Positions 26,290-42,333 of a stretch of 64,000 nucleotides of DNA are shown piece after piece; position 1 is the stretch's first letter, and the number at the start of each line of letters is the position of its first letter. The DNA is from Lingula anatina (Eukaryota > Animalia > Brachiopoda): assembly GCA_051362555.1 (NCBI GenBank), contig CM120640.1:10540001-10604000 (forward strand), in the 5' to 3' direction. The notes beneath the pieces are model-generated. The model worked only from the letters and a program-made list of their open reading frames with translations. It was not told the DNA's origin and ran no database searches. The translations under genes and the position numbers were made by a program.

Positions 26290-26994
26290 TGCACAAAAGA
26301 TTATCATAATATCTTAAGGTCTTAAGAATTTGAAACACTTTGACACTATAATTAATATTTTTGCCTCATCACATAGATTATATTGATGATAAATGCTCTA
26401 TTTGAATCATAAGAATGGAGATCTGAATCAAGAAATAAAAGTAAACAGTGGTTGAAGGCATTTAAAAGAAACAATTTTCTGGTTCCATAGCCTTTCTTTA
26501 TTCAATAAAAAGCAATTAACCAATAGGACAGATGAATAAGAAACCTTTTGCTATCCATGTCCCGATCACAACCTGATTTTAGGTCTTAAATATTACACAA
26601 AGTGCACTTCAGTGGCATATACTTATGCAAAGCAAGTAACAATGTTAAAATTGTAATTGGTTATTATAATAATTGCACAATTTCAAGAAGCAACGTTCAT
26701 ATCCCGAATGTTCATATTCTTGAGCAAGTACACGATATATAACTTGGTTCTTTGCTAATGAGATAAGTGGTGGGTTTCCATATCATTTCGTTGTAGAAAA
26801 TCAAACTGCGTGCATATCTGGCTTGACATACCAAAATTTAAGGTGTGAGCGATGAAATAATATATTTTTTATATTTTATTTATTTTATCTTTATAAAAAT
26901 CACCTGACCCAATATATATCTCATTTTGAAAATTAACCAATTAAGCAAATCTACCAAAATATTCAGTTCCAGCTCCTTTGATGTTTAACTTTCT

Positions 26995-28344
26995 TTAAAC
27001 TAGTACACTAGAAGAGCCATCATCATTTGGTTTAGCTTTCAGTTCCTCGTCATTTTTTATCAATGCAATAAGACTGTAAACAGCACCTACACACACTCCC
27101 ATCAACACAGTGCAAACCACAAAGATCAGCCGGTTCCCATGTCTGAAGTTGGGATCATGCATCATCATCAGTATGAAACAAGCACAGAAATTCAGAGGGA
27201 CTCTGAAAAAGTTCATGATACTAATGTGATGAGCTTCTGGAATGATTTTACTTCTCATAAAGGTCATTGCTGGGAAATAGAGCCCAACTGCTACTTCCAT
27301 TACCAGGAAAGCGATGAAAGATAGGTTTCTGTTTGTCTTGTCTGGATGAGTTGAGAGGACACAAAGAACACTTGATGCAAGGGCTAATAATGCTGCTGTA
27401 GCAAGTAAATTTGTAACTGTAACTTTTTTCAATGTCAGTAACTGGTAGAGGGTATTCCCTATCATAATGCACACCATGAAACTAGAGAATGTGATTCCGA
27501 GAGAAGGCTTCCCAGGATCCAAAACTGGTGTCCAAATAAATACAAAAATATACATTACACTTTCAAACAGAGATGAAATAGTTCCAAGGAGGAATATTCT
27601 TTGATCTGTGCCTATTACTTTCAGTCCTCCCTGAAAGGACTTCATAAACTGAATTTTTCTGGTGCCATAGTTTTCTTTCCACTGTGTACCAACAACAACA
27701 CCTGAAGCAATAAGGCATGGGACTGCCAGCATAAATGGTGAAACTGGTCCCAAAGACAGCCACTCTGTGGAAGCATTAGCGACAACTCCTGCAATTATAG
27801 CAATTATTCCATTCCACATGGAGGCTTTGGCAAATGTCACTTGAATCCATTCCTTGGGAAAGTCGTGTGTCTCCATATGTTCATGGACATACCATGCCTC
27901 AAAGGCTGTGAACAAAAGGGAGTTGGAAACACCGCCCAGTACCCTCCCAATGATAAGAATGCCATAACTTCTTGACAACTTTAAAAAGCATGCCAAGGAA
28001 TACATGAGTGTGAACAGTAGACATAGTTTCTGGCGACCAAATCTATCTGCTGCTATAGGTGCCCATGTCCCAAGCAACACTGATGATACAAATCCACACA
28101 CATACAGCACTGCTATCTGGTCCTCTAGAAAGCCGTAGTGGCTATATAGTTTGTAAAGATATGGTCCTTGTAACCAATCGGCTGCTAAGGCCAGAAAATA
28201 GGCAGCGAAATATCCATTTTGGAACTTAATAAAACTTGGGTTGTTTCCGATTGGAGGTTGATTCTTTTGCTTATTTGTCCAGAATACTAGTGCCAGACAG
28301 CCAATGCTTAGGATGATGAACGAAACGTAAGTGATAACCATCAT
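26995..28344 (-). CDS. MFSD5: Molybdate-anion transporter (MFS superfamily), single coding exon
   Basis: ~449-aa multi-TM ORF with MFSD5/MOT2 motifs: FQ..YF..YFLALAADWLQGPYLYKLY, AFEAWYVHEH, SLFESVMYIFVFIWTPVL, GLYFP, MNFFRVPLN. The first ATG is at 28344 (the ORF track starts at an upstream TTG). A probable 5'-UTR intron spans ~28440-28752. Confidence 0.95.
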   Translation of the reverse strand: MMVITYVSFIILSIGCLALVFWTNKQKNQPPIGNNPSFIKFQNGYFAAYFLALAADWLQGPYLYKLYSHYGFLEDQIAVLYVCGFVSSVLLGTWAPIAADRFGRQKLCLLFTLMYSLACFLKLSRSYGILIIGRVLGGVSNSLLFTAFEAWYVHEHMETHDFPKEWIQVTFAKASMWNGIIAIIAGVVANASTEWLSLGPVSPFMLAVPCLIASGVVVGTQWKENYGTRKIQFMKSFQGGLKVIGTDQRIFLLGTISSLFESVMYIFVFIWTPVLDPGKPSLGITFSSFMVCIMIGNTLYQLLTLKKVTVTNLLATAALLALASSVLCVLSTHPDKTNRNLSFIAFLVMEVAVGLYFPAMTFMRSKIIPEAHHISIMNFFRVPLNFCACFILMMMHDPNFRHGNRLIFVVCTVLMGVCVGAVYSLIALIKNDEELKAKPNDDGSSSVLV

Positions 28345-28752
28345 GTTTGTCGCTCCCAAATATTGTTTTAATCAATCTGTTGACTGTGAGTGGCAACTTC
28401 GCCCATCATTCCGGTGCTACATTGCAGGTGTGAGTATACCTAAATGGCGATGAAATAGCAAATAGAGATATTATTGATGCTCAAGAAAACTTTATGTAAA
28501 TAGTAAAATAAATGAAGTTTTAAAACTTATTAAAACTAAACGAGAGCCACATTAAACAAATTAAGTTTACCGACGGGTAGCTCCCGTTGATTCCATTGAA
28601 GCAAGTATATTAACTTTTCCACCTCTGTCTATAGATTTCAAATATAAAAGTGTCTCCGAAAACAAATTAACTTCGAACTGATAAAAGTCTTCGCTAACCT
28701 TTAAATATACGCAAAGGCATTAAAACAAAAATAAACACAAAAAGATGCTTAC

Positions 28753-29006
28753 AATTAAAACCAACTATCCACGTCACCTGGGCGCAGCCATGTTTTCAAG
28801 CGCCTCATGGGAAATGCGTCAATAGTAATCTCCAAAGCTTATTAAGAAGGTAGATGTTTTGTAATATTTTGACCAGAAAAATTAAATAATTGAACGTTTT
28901 ATAAGTATTCAAAACGTATCAGAAGGGTGTTTTAAGACTTTTTATTCTTCAATGCATAGCTGGGTAAGAGGCTTTCTTGTGACCTAATTTCCCAAAGATA
29001 GCAAGC
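28753..29006. promoter_or_regulatory. Short bidirectional promoter between MFSD5 and METTL1
   Basis: Divergent genes ~250 bp apart. YY1-like GCCATGTT at 28787-28794 and CRE-like ACGTCA at 28771-28776. Confidence 0.55.
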
Positions 29007-31864
<2,858 letters not shown>

Positions 31865-32854
31865 CATGTTTGACTTGGTTGATAATGTACTGATTAAAAG
31901 TTTTATGAGAGAGTTTCTATCCCCAAAAAATAATGGATATGTATAAAAGTTGAATCTCGAAATGTTCTACTAGCCATGTCTGTATTAGATTGATACTAAA
32001 GACAGAAATCTTGTTAAAAAAATTCAAAAGCAGATATCTGCCTGCAAATAACATTTGGAATGTTCATTCAAATTTCAGATGAGACTCAATTATTGGCTAC
32101 AGAAGACTGATTTCCAAAATAAGCACCAGTTAGCTTTTTATATCCATGGTTTCATATAACAAAAATAATATTTTTATATTGCTTGTTAAACATGATATAT
32201 TGTTAAATTCATGGAGTTTTCACACACAATAATACTATACTTGGAATCCTGTATTATAAGTATTTGTGCAGCAGTGAAAGTATTTTTACAGTATACTGTA
32301 CAATAACAAATTTGACATTTAATTTTAATATCAGCATTCTCTTAGTTTCCTTTCTGTGGCTGACAAAACGTGGAAAACATAAAGGAACATAAAGGAGGGG
32401 ACGATATAATTTGCTGTGGGTCTTATGCAAAAAAATAAAAAAATAAAAAAAATAATAACGGTGTTATGTGAAAATGAAACATTTTACAGATTGCGTAATG
32501 TATACAACGTGCACAAGACCTCATGTCGCAAAGAAAATCCTTGGAATTTCAGCAATTTCACCCTCATCACCAAGGTATACCCTATTCAAAACCTTTCAAA
32601 ACATAACTGTCTTTATATCCATTTTCAAGCTCTTAATATCTATTTTTATCGTTACCATTAAAATTCACCAGCCCCCATTTCCATTATAAGAATGGGCCAA
32701 AAATAAGAAACTTAAGAAATCAAAAACCGGTTTATACATCGTAATTTGTTGATGGTATTTAATACGGTATACGTTTGTAATTAAGGGAAATTTGCTTAAA
32801 TTCCCAGGATATTAAAGTTTTGCAATATAAAGATCTCACGTCCATAATGTGGCT

Positions 32855-35800
32855 TTAAAACATGTTATTTAGTGAGTCGTTAGAGCCAAAGTTATCAGGT
32901 AGGTGTTGGTACAACATGTACCAGCCTGTCCTGTGTTTGGTACAGTTTATATTCAGCATGTCCATGTTGACGATCACTTCACCAAGACACTGGTTCTTCT
33001 CAAAACCACCTTGCTTTACCCAGATCATGACCTGGAAGAAATGTTAACCAAGAATATAGAGGATAAAATAGACAGCAGGTCGAAAGAAGTGTGGTAATAT
33101 TATGATAATTTGTATAGCACTTTGTGTGTGTGTTGGGGGGGGGGGGGGGGGGCATGATTTTAATCTTATAGTCTGAAAAATTGCAAAAGAACTTGACGGC
33201 AATAATTTCAAAGAAACCACTTCCATTCTGAAACGCTTGTGCTTAATTGGAAGGTGGCACGGAACAGGAAGGTTTCATAAAGGTGCCGAGCACTACACAT
33301 GTACGTACAAGTTCGTATTAATTTGTTATAGAACATGCACCTGCTGTTTTTGTACCTGTAAATGTCTCCCATGGACATCCCGTGCTAAGTAATTGATCTT
33401 CTCCTTGTAAACTGGATCTAAGGACTTCCTTACAATCCGCGTTTTTCGTTTCTGAAACCGTTTCTGTCCCTGTCGCAAATAGGTCTTCACGTATGTGTCT
33501 GAAATTCAAGTACAATCAATCTAATATTATGTGAGTAGGGCCAGTTCAGGAGACAAGTTTCTAGATTATTTTTTCTTTCGTTATTTGCACGTTTTATTAG
33601 TAAGGTAATACCGTATAACTGGAATTGGTTGAAATTCTAGATAGGAAGTCATAGAAAGGAAGCTACGTGTAGCACGTCACAATTGAGCCATCTGACACGC
33701 TTACCAGGAATTTCGTTGTTATTTACTGGTAACCCTTTCGCACAGAATATATCCACCTCCAAGTTTCCTTTAGTAACTGTAAACCGTAATTTCACAGCAC
33801 CTTGACCTAGCCTGTCTGAAAAAGAGGTTGTTGTATATGTATTAGCTACAAAACGGATCGCCCACTTCATGGAATTACTCTCTACAAAATATCCGTCTAG
33901 CCTTTGCAAAACTGTACGTCGTGCGTCTATCAATTTCGTAAAAGTTAGAGAGGCGTCTGGTAGAGAAAAGTATGCGATGCACTAGAGTGTCTGCTTGCAA
34001 ATTGACTTACAGCACAGTTGGCGCTTCTAAAAATTGGATAAAATTGCAGTAGTGTATCCTTACAATAGAGAAGAAGAGCATGGAACGCAATAAAATGCAT
34101 TAAAATATCGGCAAGGGTACCGTGTGGAAGCGATGATATGAAATGATAAGTTATTAAATGTGTTACACATTTAGACGTCTTATCCCAATACAAAAGTCGG
34201 GGTTGAAGCGGACTACGCTTTGAGAAAATGAATACATTTTAGAAAGCTGTCGAAAACGACCAGCTTTCCATAAAACTAATTCTCAAAAAGACGTGTTCAA
34301 TACAAGACAAGCAACGCATACGTTTACGTTTCACTCCGATATCGGTAGATGCACCAACTACACAGAAAATCTTTTAAAGCTACCACAGACTTAACGCCTC
34401 CATAAAAACCGTTTTAATATACAATGAAATGCAAATAAAATCAAAATCGTCTGATACAGAATTTATCAAGCAATTCACCTGCTGGGAGCTGCACTTGCCC
34501 GGGCCCTAGTCCAGGGTCAACAGTGACTTGTGACTTGGGTGCGTGACGCTCCTTGAAATCACTAAAATATAAATATAAGACAGGGTTGAAAAGGTTTATC
34601 AAGCCCCAGTGCCATTAGATGCATGGCTAGTATCGTAGAACGTTTCTTTTTAAGAAGTATTAAATTATATCATGAGAGATAAGGCTTTTCACAAGTTTGA
34701 AAGAACCTCAGATGTCTTGTTATTTTATTTAATGCATTCTCCCTTAGTAGTGAAAGCCTTCTCTAGTTTGTACACTAACCTTCTTCTTTAGAGGATTTAT
34801 GATCTTCCTCTTACAGATGTTTTATTAAATTTGAAATACTTTACCTAAAGTAGTTATCCACATCACTCTCAGACAGATCGCTTTTCTCACTGTTTTTTCG
34901 ACTTTCTGTTATGTTGTTGCAATCTGGGGTATCTTGGAAAAAAATTGACATTATTTAACTACGATCGAAACGTTTTTGTTTTATTGTGAGGAAGGCATTT
35001 AAAGGTGTCAATGTTGAACTTTACACCTTTAACATACACGTTAACATACACGTGCCTGCCATTTCAAAGGCGACGAAAGCGGATTAAACATAATTTGACA
35101 TTCATTAATTTTATATCCCAACTTTACACTTTGGTTTTAACAGTTTAACCATTAAATTGGTATTTTTCCATCGGCTGCGCTCGTATTAAATGGCCTGTGG
35201 TGAAAACACTTTATTTCTTTTAACACGTATAGGTACTTACTTGGCACTGTATTGCACACTGGGGTACTGCTTATACTCTCAGAGTTGCATGGAAGTTGGG
35301 AAATATTAGAGTTGTCTAAAATATATATAATGTTTACTTTACGGTTCGTTTTAAAGGCACACAATGAGCGCTGGACCCCTTTATAACAAAATGTGCTTTT
35401 CCTGGAAATTTCATCTCTTTCCCCTGAATCACCAAGGTATGCCATGATACAAAATCGTTGGCAATTACGACCCATTAACCTATTTTTGACTGCGAATAGA
35501 CACACAACAAGTCTTTGTTCACTGTTATTTAAAGATGATATCCATGTCCATATGTAAGCAGATCATCAAAACGTTAACATTTAATCACAACAGAAAAAAA
35601 AGGTGTGAATAGAAAGTGAAAAGCACACGCCAGAACAATCATCAAAGTAGTAAAGGAAATAAGAAAAAGCAATCACATAAGAAATCAAGGCCAGAACAAG
35701 ACTAATTGATACTTTTCTAAACTTTGTACTTATCTCTTTGTACGTATTTTAAATCTTCGTGTCCATGCCATGTGCCTCGTCAATATGAGTAGGCCTACTG

Positions 35801-38800
35801 TTCCATGTGTCTATCGCCCATTTCATGGGGTGTGTGTCCCAGGAATTTTGGTCTTGTTTTATGCTACTCGTAGAGTTTATATATGCGTAGTGAGGACTAC
35901 ATAGGCCTAATTATTAATTTCAGGGAATTGGCCTATATCTTTTAAACTCAGAGGCTTCATTTTTAGGCAGGCTTATACACGATTCTTAGAATAAATACAT
36001 GCGTACATGTACCTACCGATGCTCATGTATCGTTTCAGGCGCCGTTTCATTTTTGATTTGTAACTTTTAGCCGACGTGGTCCTTCTCAATGCATTGTCAT
36101 TTTCAACGACAATTTTGCCTGTAGAACAACATACTGTGTAAATTCCATTAAGAAATGAAGAGCGTGGTGTGGTAGCACGGCAGTAAGTGCGACGGGGTGC
36201 AACTGTTACTTAGTGTTTTAGTAAGGCCTATCAGGCCATTTTTTTTTATCCAGCAGTAAGCAAAATAAAACCAGCTAGTACCACAACACAGTTTCAATAT
36301 AAAAATCAAATATCACACAAAACTTTATAAATTTTGTTTTCTTTTTTTCTCTCTTGTTTTAGAGAAGAAAATAATTTTCCTTTCAGGCAGGCACTATTCA
36401 ACAAGCAGGTTCCGGACCTTTAAATATTTTGTGCGTCTTAATTTGTATTATATGTTTAATCAGCTGCCCTTTTCTTCCAAAAGGTTTTCAATAAAAGATG
36501 GTGCCCCATCACTTATTTTCCCAGTTTCTTAGCAAGGTTTAGGCAATACCAAGTAGTCTGTGTCTTCTTTTATTTAACGAAAATGTGATGTGTGATCTCC
36601 AATTAATACTTTCGAAATGTCTACTATATCTAAACCGTGTAGACGTCAATTCCAAGCAATCATTATGTTTGACGCGCATCTACGTAATGCCGCAGTGTTA
36701 TCACATGAGGAGCTGGAGCTTAATGCACGCAATAGGCCTACGCTCATCAACCTAAGTGGGTTGACATTTCAAAAATTTGATTCTTTTTCGTTTCACAGGA
36801 TAGAAGAGGCAAGGAAATGATCAAATTGCAGATTGTTTTTACTAGCTAGATAAATTGGATCTTTAAGCAAATCGCAATAGCAATTAAGGAGTGTCTACGT
36901 TACAAGCATGCGTGGTTGGAAATACAAACGTGACTAAGAAATACAAACGTGCATTTTACAGGATTGAATTCTTCCATAATAAAGATTATTCACCGTGCTC
37001 ATTTTGGTGCAAAAAGTGGTCATTGTGGCCAAAAAATTAACAGTTCTAGTAACAGGTAAACATTACATTTTGTTTTATCTTTTATCTAACTTGCGTTAAA
37101 TCACATTTTTTATTTACCCACATGCAAAAAATGATAACATACACAACTGAACGCATGCTTAATTTTAATCACTATATTTGACATTTGATACAACAATATT
37201 ACTGTTACAGGGTATTTTGAAAGCATAAGCTGCATAAAGACATGAACAGTTTTCAGAAAATTGACGTCAAATACTATAACATCAGAAAAGTGGTTTTGAA
37301 CCCCCCCCCCCTTTCTTTCTCGCTCTGTTTGTGCGCGCGCGCGTTTTTATATGTTCCACACCTGACTGTTTATGCCTTTATGAACTTTAAATAAAGGAAA
37401 CCATACACAACAAGGGCAGGATTCATCATTCAATATACCTCGCAGCGCAGTATAGTCCTGACTTGTAGTTTGGGTATGATCGGATAGCTCGCTGTCAGAC
37501 AAATGCAAATCCCTTCCTAGAATATTGTAACAAAAATAAAACACAAAATTTTCAACATAATACACAACCGGACATTGTAAAATGGCAATGTGATTCGGGT
37601 AAAGGGGAGTGCCGATTTGTAAAATCTACAAAAAGGATAACAAAAATTTATAATGTACCTGTTATTAATCCATGGCGGGTGAGCCTATGATTGGTTTCTA
37701 AAAGTATCTGTAAGCCCTTGGCCTATTATCAATGGCATTTCAAGACATTTCTTTACCTTACACACTTTGATGTTGTCATTCATAATCGAGTAAATAAAAA
37801 GTTAATTGTCCATAGCATTGGTTTATGGGCAAGGCATTAAATTTGTATGCAAAGTTTGCTCTGCTCATTCCCTGCTATGGCTTTCAATTTATCATCAGCA
37901 CAAACTTTCTTTTGTCTTGTGGCAAAACAAAAAATGCTTAAAAAATGTAGTTACTAGTACGACAAGTCCTGGCCTAGGACTCACGAAGGAAAATGCTAAT
38001 GAATATATTAATATTACCTTGAACACTGCTGCGTAATGAGGACGTAGGAGATGTTAACGAGCTTCGCGTGAGGTGCCTCTGCAGAAAACGCTTAAGAGTC
38101 CCTAATACGATACAAAAACACCAATAAGCGTTACGCAGACATAATTGACTTCCTCTAGTTTTGACAGTTTGTTGTTGATCACTGCATTTATGTGGTAATT
38201 GCGTCTCTTGTTCAACGTCTCGTACATTTTTTTTTTTTTAATTTCATTTCTGGTAAAAATTTGATGAGATGTTGTTTGCACTTCATATCATAAACATTTC
38301 CTAGAACGTATTAGCAGAAGGAAGTTGTTTTGGCTTTAATTTGCGTCAGAGCAGGTTTTTCGTGTGAAACAGGTTCGAATTAAAGAAATAAGTACCCGAT
38401 CCTCGGTGGTGTGTTTTCAGCAGAGACTTGGCTCTCTCGTGAGCTGGCATTGGAGGAACAGGCGTCTGAATGTCTTCTGCTGGTTCAGATTCCTTTATTA
38501 CAATACAACAGAGAAAGCCCCATTTCAGTTCAAGTCTAGCTGAAAGACTTTCAATACAATTTTACATCATAAAAGAGCTTCAAAAATTTTACCAATAAAT
38601 CACGTAAAGATATAGTAAGGGACACTCAAATAAAGCTTTTGAAACTGCGATCAGATGCTTCACCGTTATATTTTTACATCCACTGTTTAGTGCTCATAAA
38701 ATGTTAAATACATAAATAAAACTGTGGTTATCACTGCCTCTTTTGTAAACTCGCTTACCCCTTTCTGATCACTCTTTTTGGGAGTTGGCTGCATAAGCTG

Positions 38801-41800
38801 TCCATTGTTTTCATCGTGTGGTGTTAGGTTGTACCACTGAGCAAGGCCATCCAAATGTACCGCATTCAAATCAAGCACCACTTCTCCCATAAAAGTATTG
38901 TTTTCTTTGGGGTGATAGTCCCACAAAGTAAATTCAAGGGACTTGGTCTGCAACTGTCGTAAAGGGAGAACACGCATATTACGACACATACAAGAAAAAT
39001 ACGTTTCACAGATCATTATATAAAATCATGCAGCGAATAGCTTCTCGTTCAAAGCTTGGACCCTATTTGATGGGTCCTAGTTCAAAGGATGCTTATAATT
39101 CTTAAGACTTTTTAAACGAGCAAACGTTAATAATGAAAAATAGATAATATTTTCTCGCTACTGCGGAGAAAAAAAAGTATTCTGCGAAAAGATCTAGACC
39201 TACTGGTAACCAAAGCTTTATTAATAGAACGCCTACCTCTTCCTCAGTAATATTATAATAGACGAACATCTTATTCCACACCGGTGCTGCATTCACAGTG
39301 AGAGTTTCAGTTCTGTGAACGGGATACTGCCTGCACCACACAAGATACATTGAATAAAAAACAAACATAAAATGCAATGCTTTTAAATTCATACCAAGCT
39401 CAAAATAATAATAAGAAATGAGATTTTCCAAATCATTTAAAGGATGTTACGATACCAGTTTTTTGTGTCAATGGCAACAATCTTCTATTTTTGAGGTTGA
39501 ATAGAAGTAAATATTGTACATTTTATGTTTAAGACTGCATTCCCATAGATTTAGGTCGATCCATCTAGATCGACCTAACTCCCTGGGGGTTCACGCTAAA
39601 TTGCTGTCAGCCGAGCGCGCACGGTAGTTAATCACCCCCTTACAGCTTTTAGTAGGTAGGACAGACATTTAAGCCGGCTAAGCTGACATTAATCTAGTGA
39701 GACTCCCCACAGGGATGGATCGACCTAAAATCTGTGGGAATGGGGTCTAAGTGAAAGACCCTACCATCTTCCAGGGAGTAGGCTGACTTTCACGTATGGA
39801 TTGGGAAGATCAAGTTGGCCACTTTCATTAGTTTCTCTCTTCAATCCACTGGCCTGCCTTACAGTTACTTTTACCGAGGCCATCTCGTATCGTACTTGAA
39901 CCTCCAACCTTCCTGTGGCCGATGTTGATGGCCGCACTGAGTCAACCTGGATTGATTTGATGAATTGACTTCTCAGTATTGATGAGGGGTTGACATTTAG
40001 TTCAAAGAATACAAGTCCAATGGGACTTTTCAATTCATCCTATTGTCTATCATTATAGAATGTACTCACATGACGTGCCAAAGGGCCTACTTATTTTTTA
40101 AAGTGATTGCTATCCGTGCAAACTTGCATATTCAATTAAGTTTTTTTTCTGTTATTTAAAATCTTAGGAATTACTTCTTGGATCAAAAAGAGCGAAAATT
40201 CATCCGTGTCTGCTATCAAGTATCAAAAGCAATTTTGGCAATAAGTAAAGTGTACATGTACACATGTATACAAAACCGCAACATCTCTTCTTTCTCTGAT
40301 GTCTGCCGGGGTACATAAATAGAAAGAAAAGTATTTTTGCAAACGCATTACGTGACTTGTTTTAAAAATAATGAAATGAGAGTTTCATATTATTCATTTG
40401 GTTTAGCTTTTTTACAAACGACTCATTTAACAAAGAAAAGTAAAATTACTTCATTGATTTGGGTTTTTCTATTTTTAAGTCAACTTGACAATGATAATTT
40501 CTTAATATTTTTTAGCATGGTATATGCTCTTGGTGTTCAATGATTCAATCTAGAATAGAATAAAATAAATAAATAAAACTCATACTGCCTAGATAAGAAT
40601 TACACTTTTTTACTCTATGTAAAATTGCCTGTATGGAGAGTGTTATTCAAAAGATGAGCTGGTAGTTACAGTATCTTTACAGGGAAACTGCCTCGTCCTG
40701 AACAAAAATAAAACGGATTGTGTATATGTGCTAAGGCAGCTCTGCAAAAGAGTCTTATAATGGTGGAAACGAAATTAGTTTTAACTAAACTTAAGATCAA
40801 GAAAATGCTAGTTTTCATATTCTTCTGAGATGCAATTAAAAGTGTGAAATCTGATTTTCGCCTATAACAATAGGCAATCAACTAGATATACATATATTTA
40901 GGTAATGGATATAAAAAGTTGTGAATATGCTGATAAGGAAATGATTAACAGAAAGCTTAATTAGGAAACGACAGAAAAGGATATACTGTGGTATAATTAT
41001 TTGTGAAGTTACGACGAATTTTCAGTTTTCCTCTTACACACATGTAGCTTGGGATATGTCTCATGGCAACGCATTTAACGTTTTGCCAAAATCGAATATA
41101 CATTACCCAAAGCAACAGTGACTGACCTTAATATTTATCGGCTCTGTTGGACTAGACCTGGTTTGAATATCGCACGAAATAATATCTATATTAAGATAAT
41201 TTTACTCACTGGAGTTGGCGGCAAAAGTCGGTGTTTTCTAGATTCTGTTGCCCTCACTTCGAATTGAAAGTGGTCCGTGTGTCGACGATTACTGTCATAA
41301 TCGTTGATATCTGAAAAGAAGCATATTGATCGAATCTATAATGTACAATGGTACTGGATTAGAGATTTTGCTACGGGGATTTAAAACAGAGGGCGAGTAT
41401 TAAGAGCACGGGGATGGAAACCATGGTCTGGTTACGCTTTTTTTAGACCGATTTTTAGGGGGAGGGAAGGGGAGAGGGAAGGGTACATACCCGTTTAGTT
41501 GGAGACACCCCTGGATGAACCATTGTAGTTAATATCTCGAGGTATTGAGCCCACATTTCATTTTCTATACGCGGGACTTCATACAGACAGACAAATATAA
41601 ACTATAATTAAATTCACTCAGTTTGCTTAGTCTAGTTTTTTTTCACCTGAAAAACGATCTCCTTTTCCATGATCACTCAACTGTAGTGTTTTTCTCGAGT
41701 GTAACAACGAGGCTCTGAAAATGATTATTAAAACAACAGGTGAGTGATTCAGTATTAAAATAATGAAGTTATCGTGTCATGAAGGTTTATAGTACTTAAG

Positions 41801-42288
41801 AAAATTAATCAGAAATGTATTGCAGTATCAGTGCTTGCTGTTATGAGTCCACCGATGTAATCAAACAGCTTGTGTATAGAACATAAAACAAACAGTGAGG
41901 CCCTTGATGTTGATACGGTAACATGGCTTAAAGCACTAAGAATGCATGCTTGTGAACATGAAGTAAGTTCATTGACATAAAGTTTGGCATTCATTTTCTA
42001 AAACTTTAAGGGTTTAATGCACGATAAGACAACTTTTATACACAGGTTGTTTCTTTTTACCTCTTCTGAACCCGGCTAATAAGGAGATGAACACTTTCCT
42101 GAACGTATGAGGAGTGGATGATCTGTTGAGTAGCTTCAAACGTCAAATTAATAAGGGACTGGTTATTCCATTCCAGAACTGCATCCCCTTAAAGTATATG
42201 ATGAATATGAGTGCAACAGAAATTTTAGATTTTGATTAAAAATTCTTACTTATTTGATGGCTACATGTACAGTTCAGTGGTCCAATTT

Positions 42289-42333
<45 letters not shown>

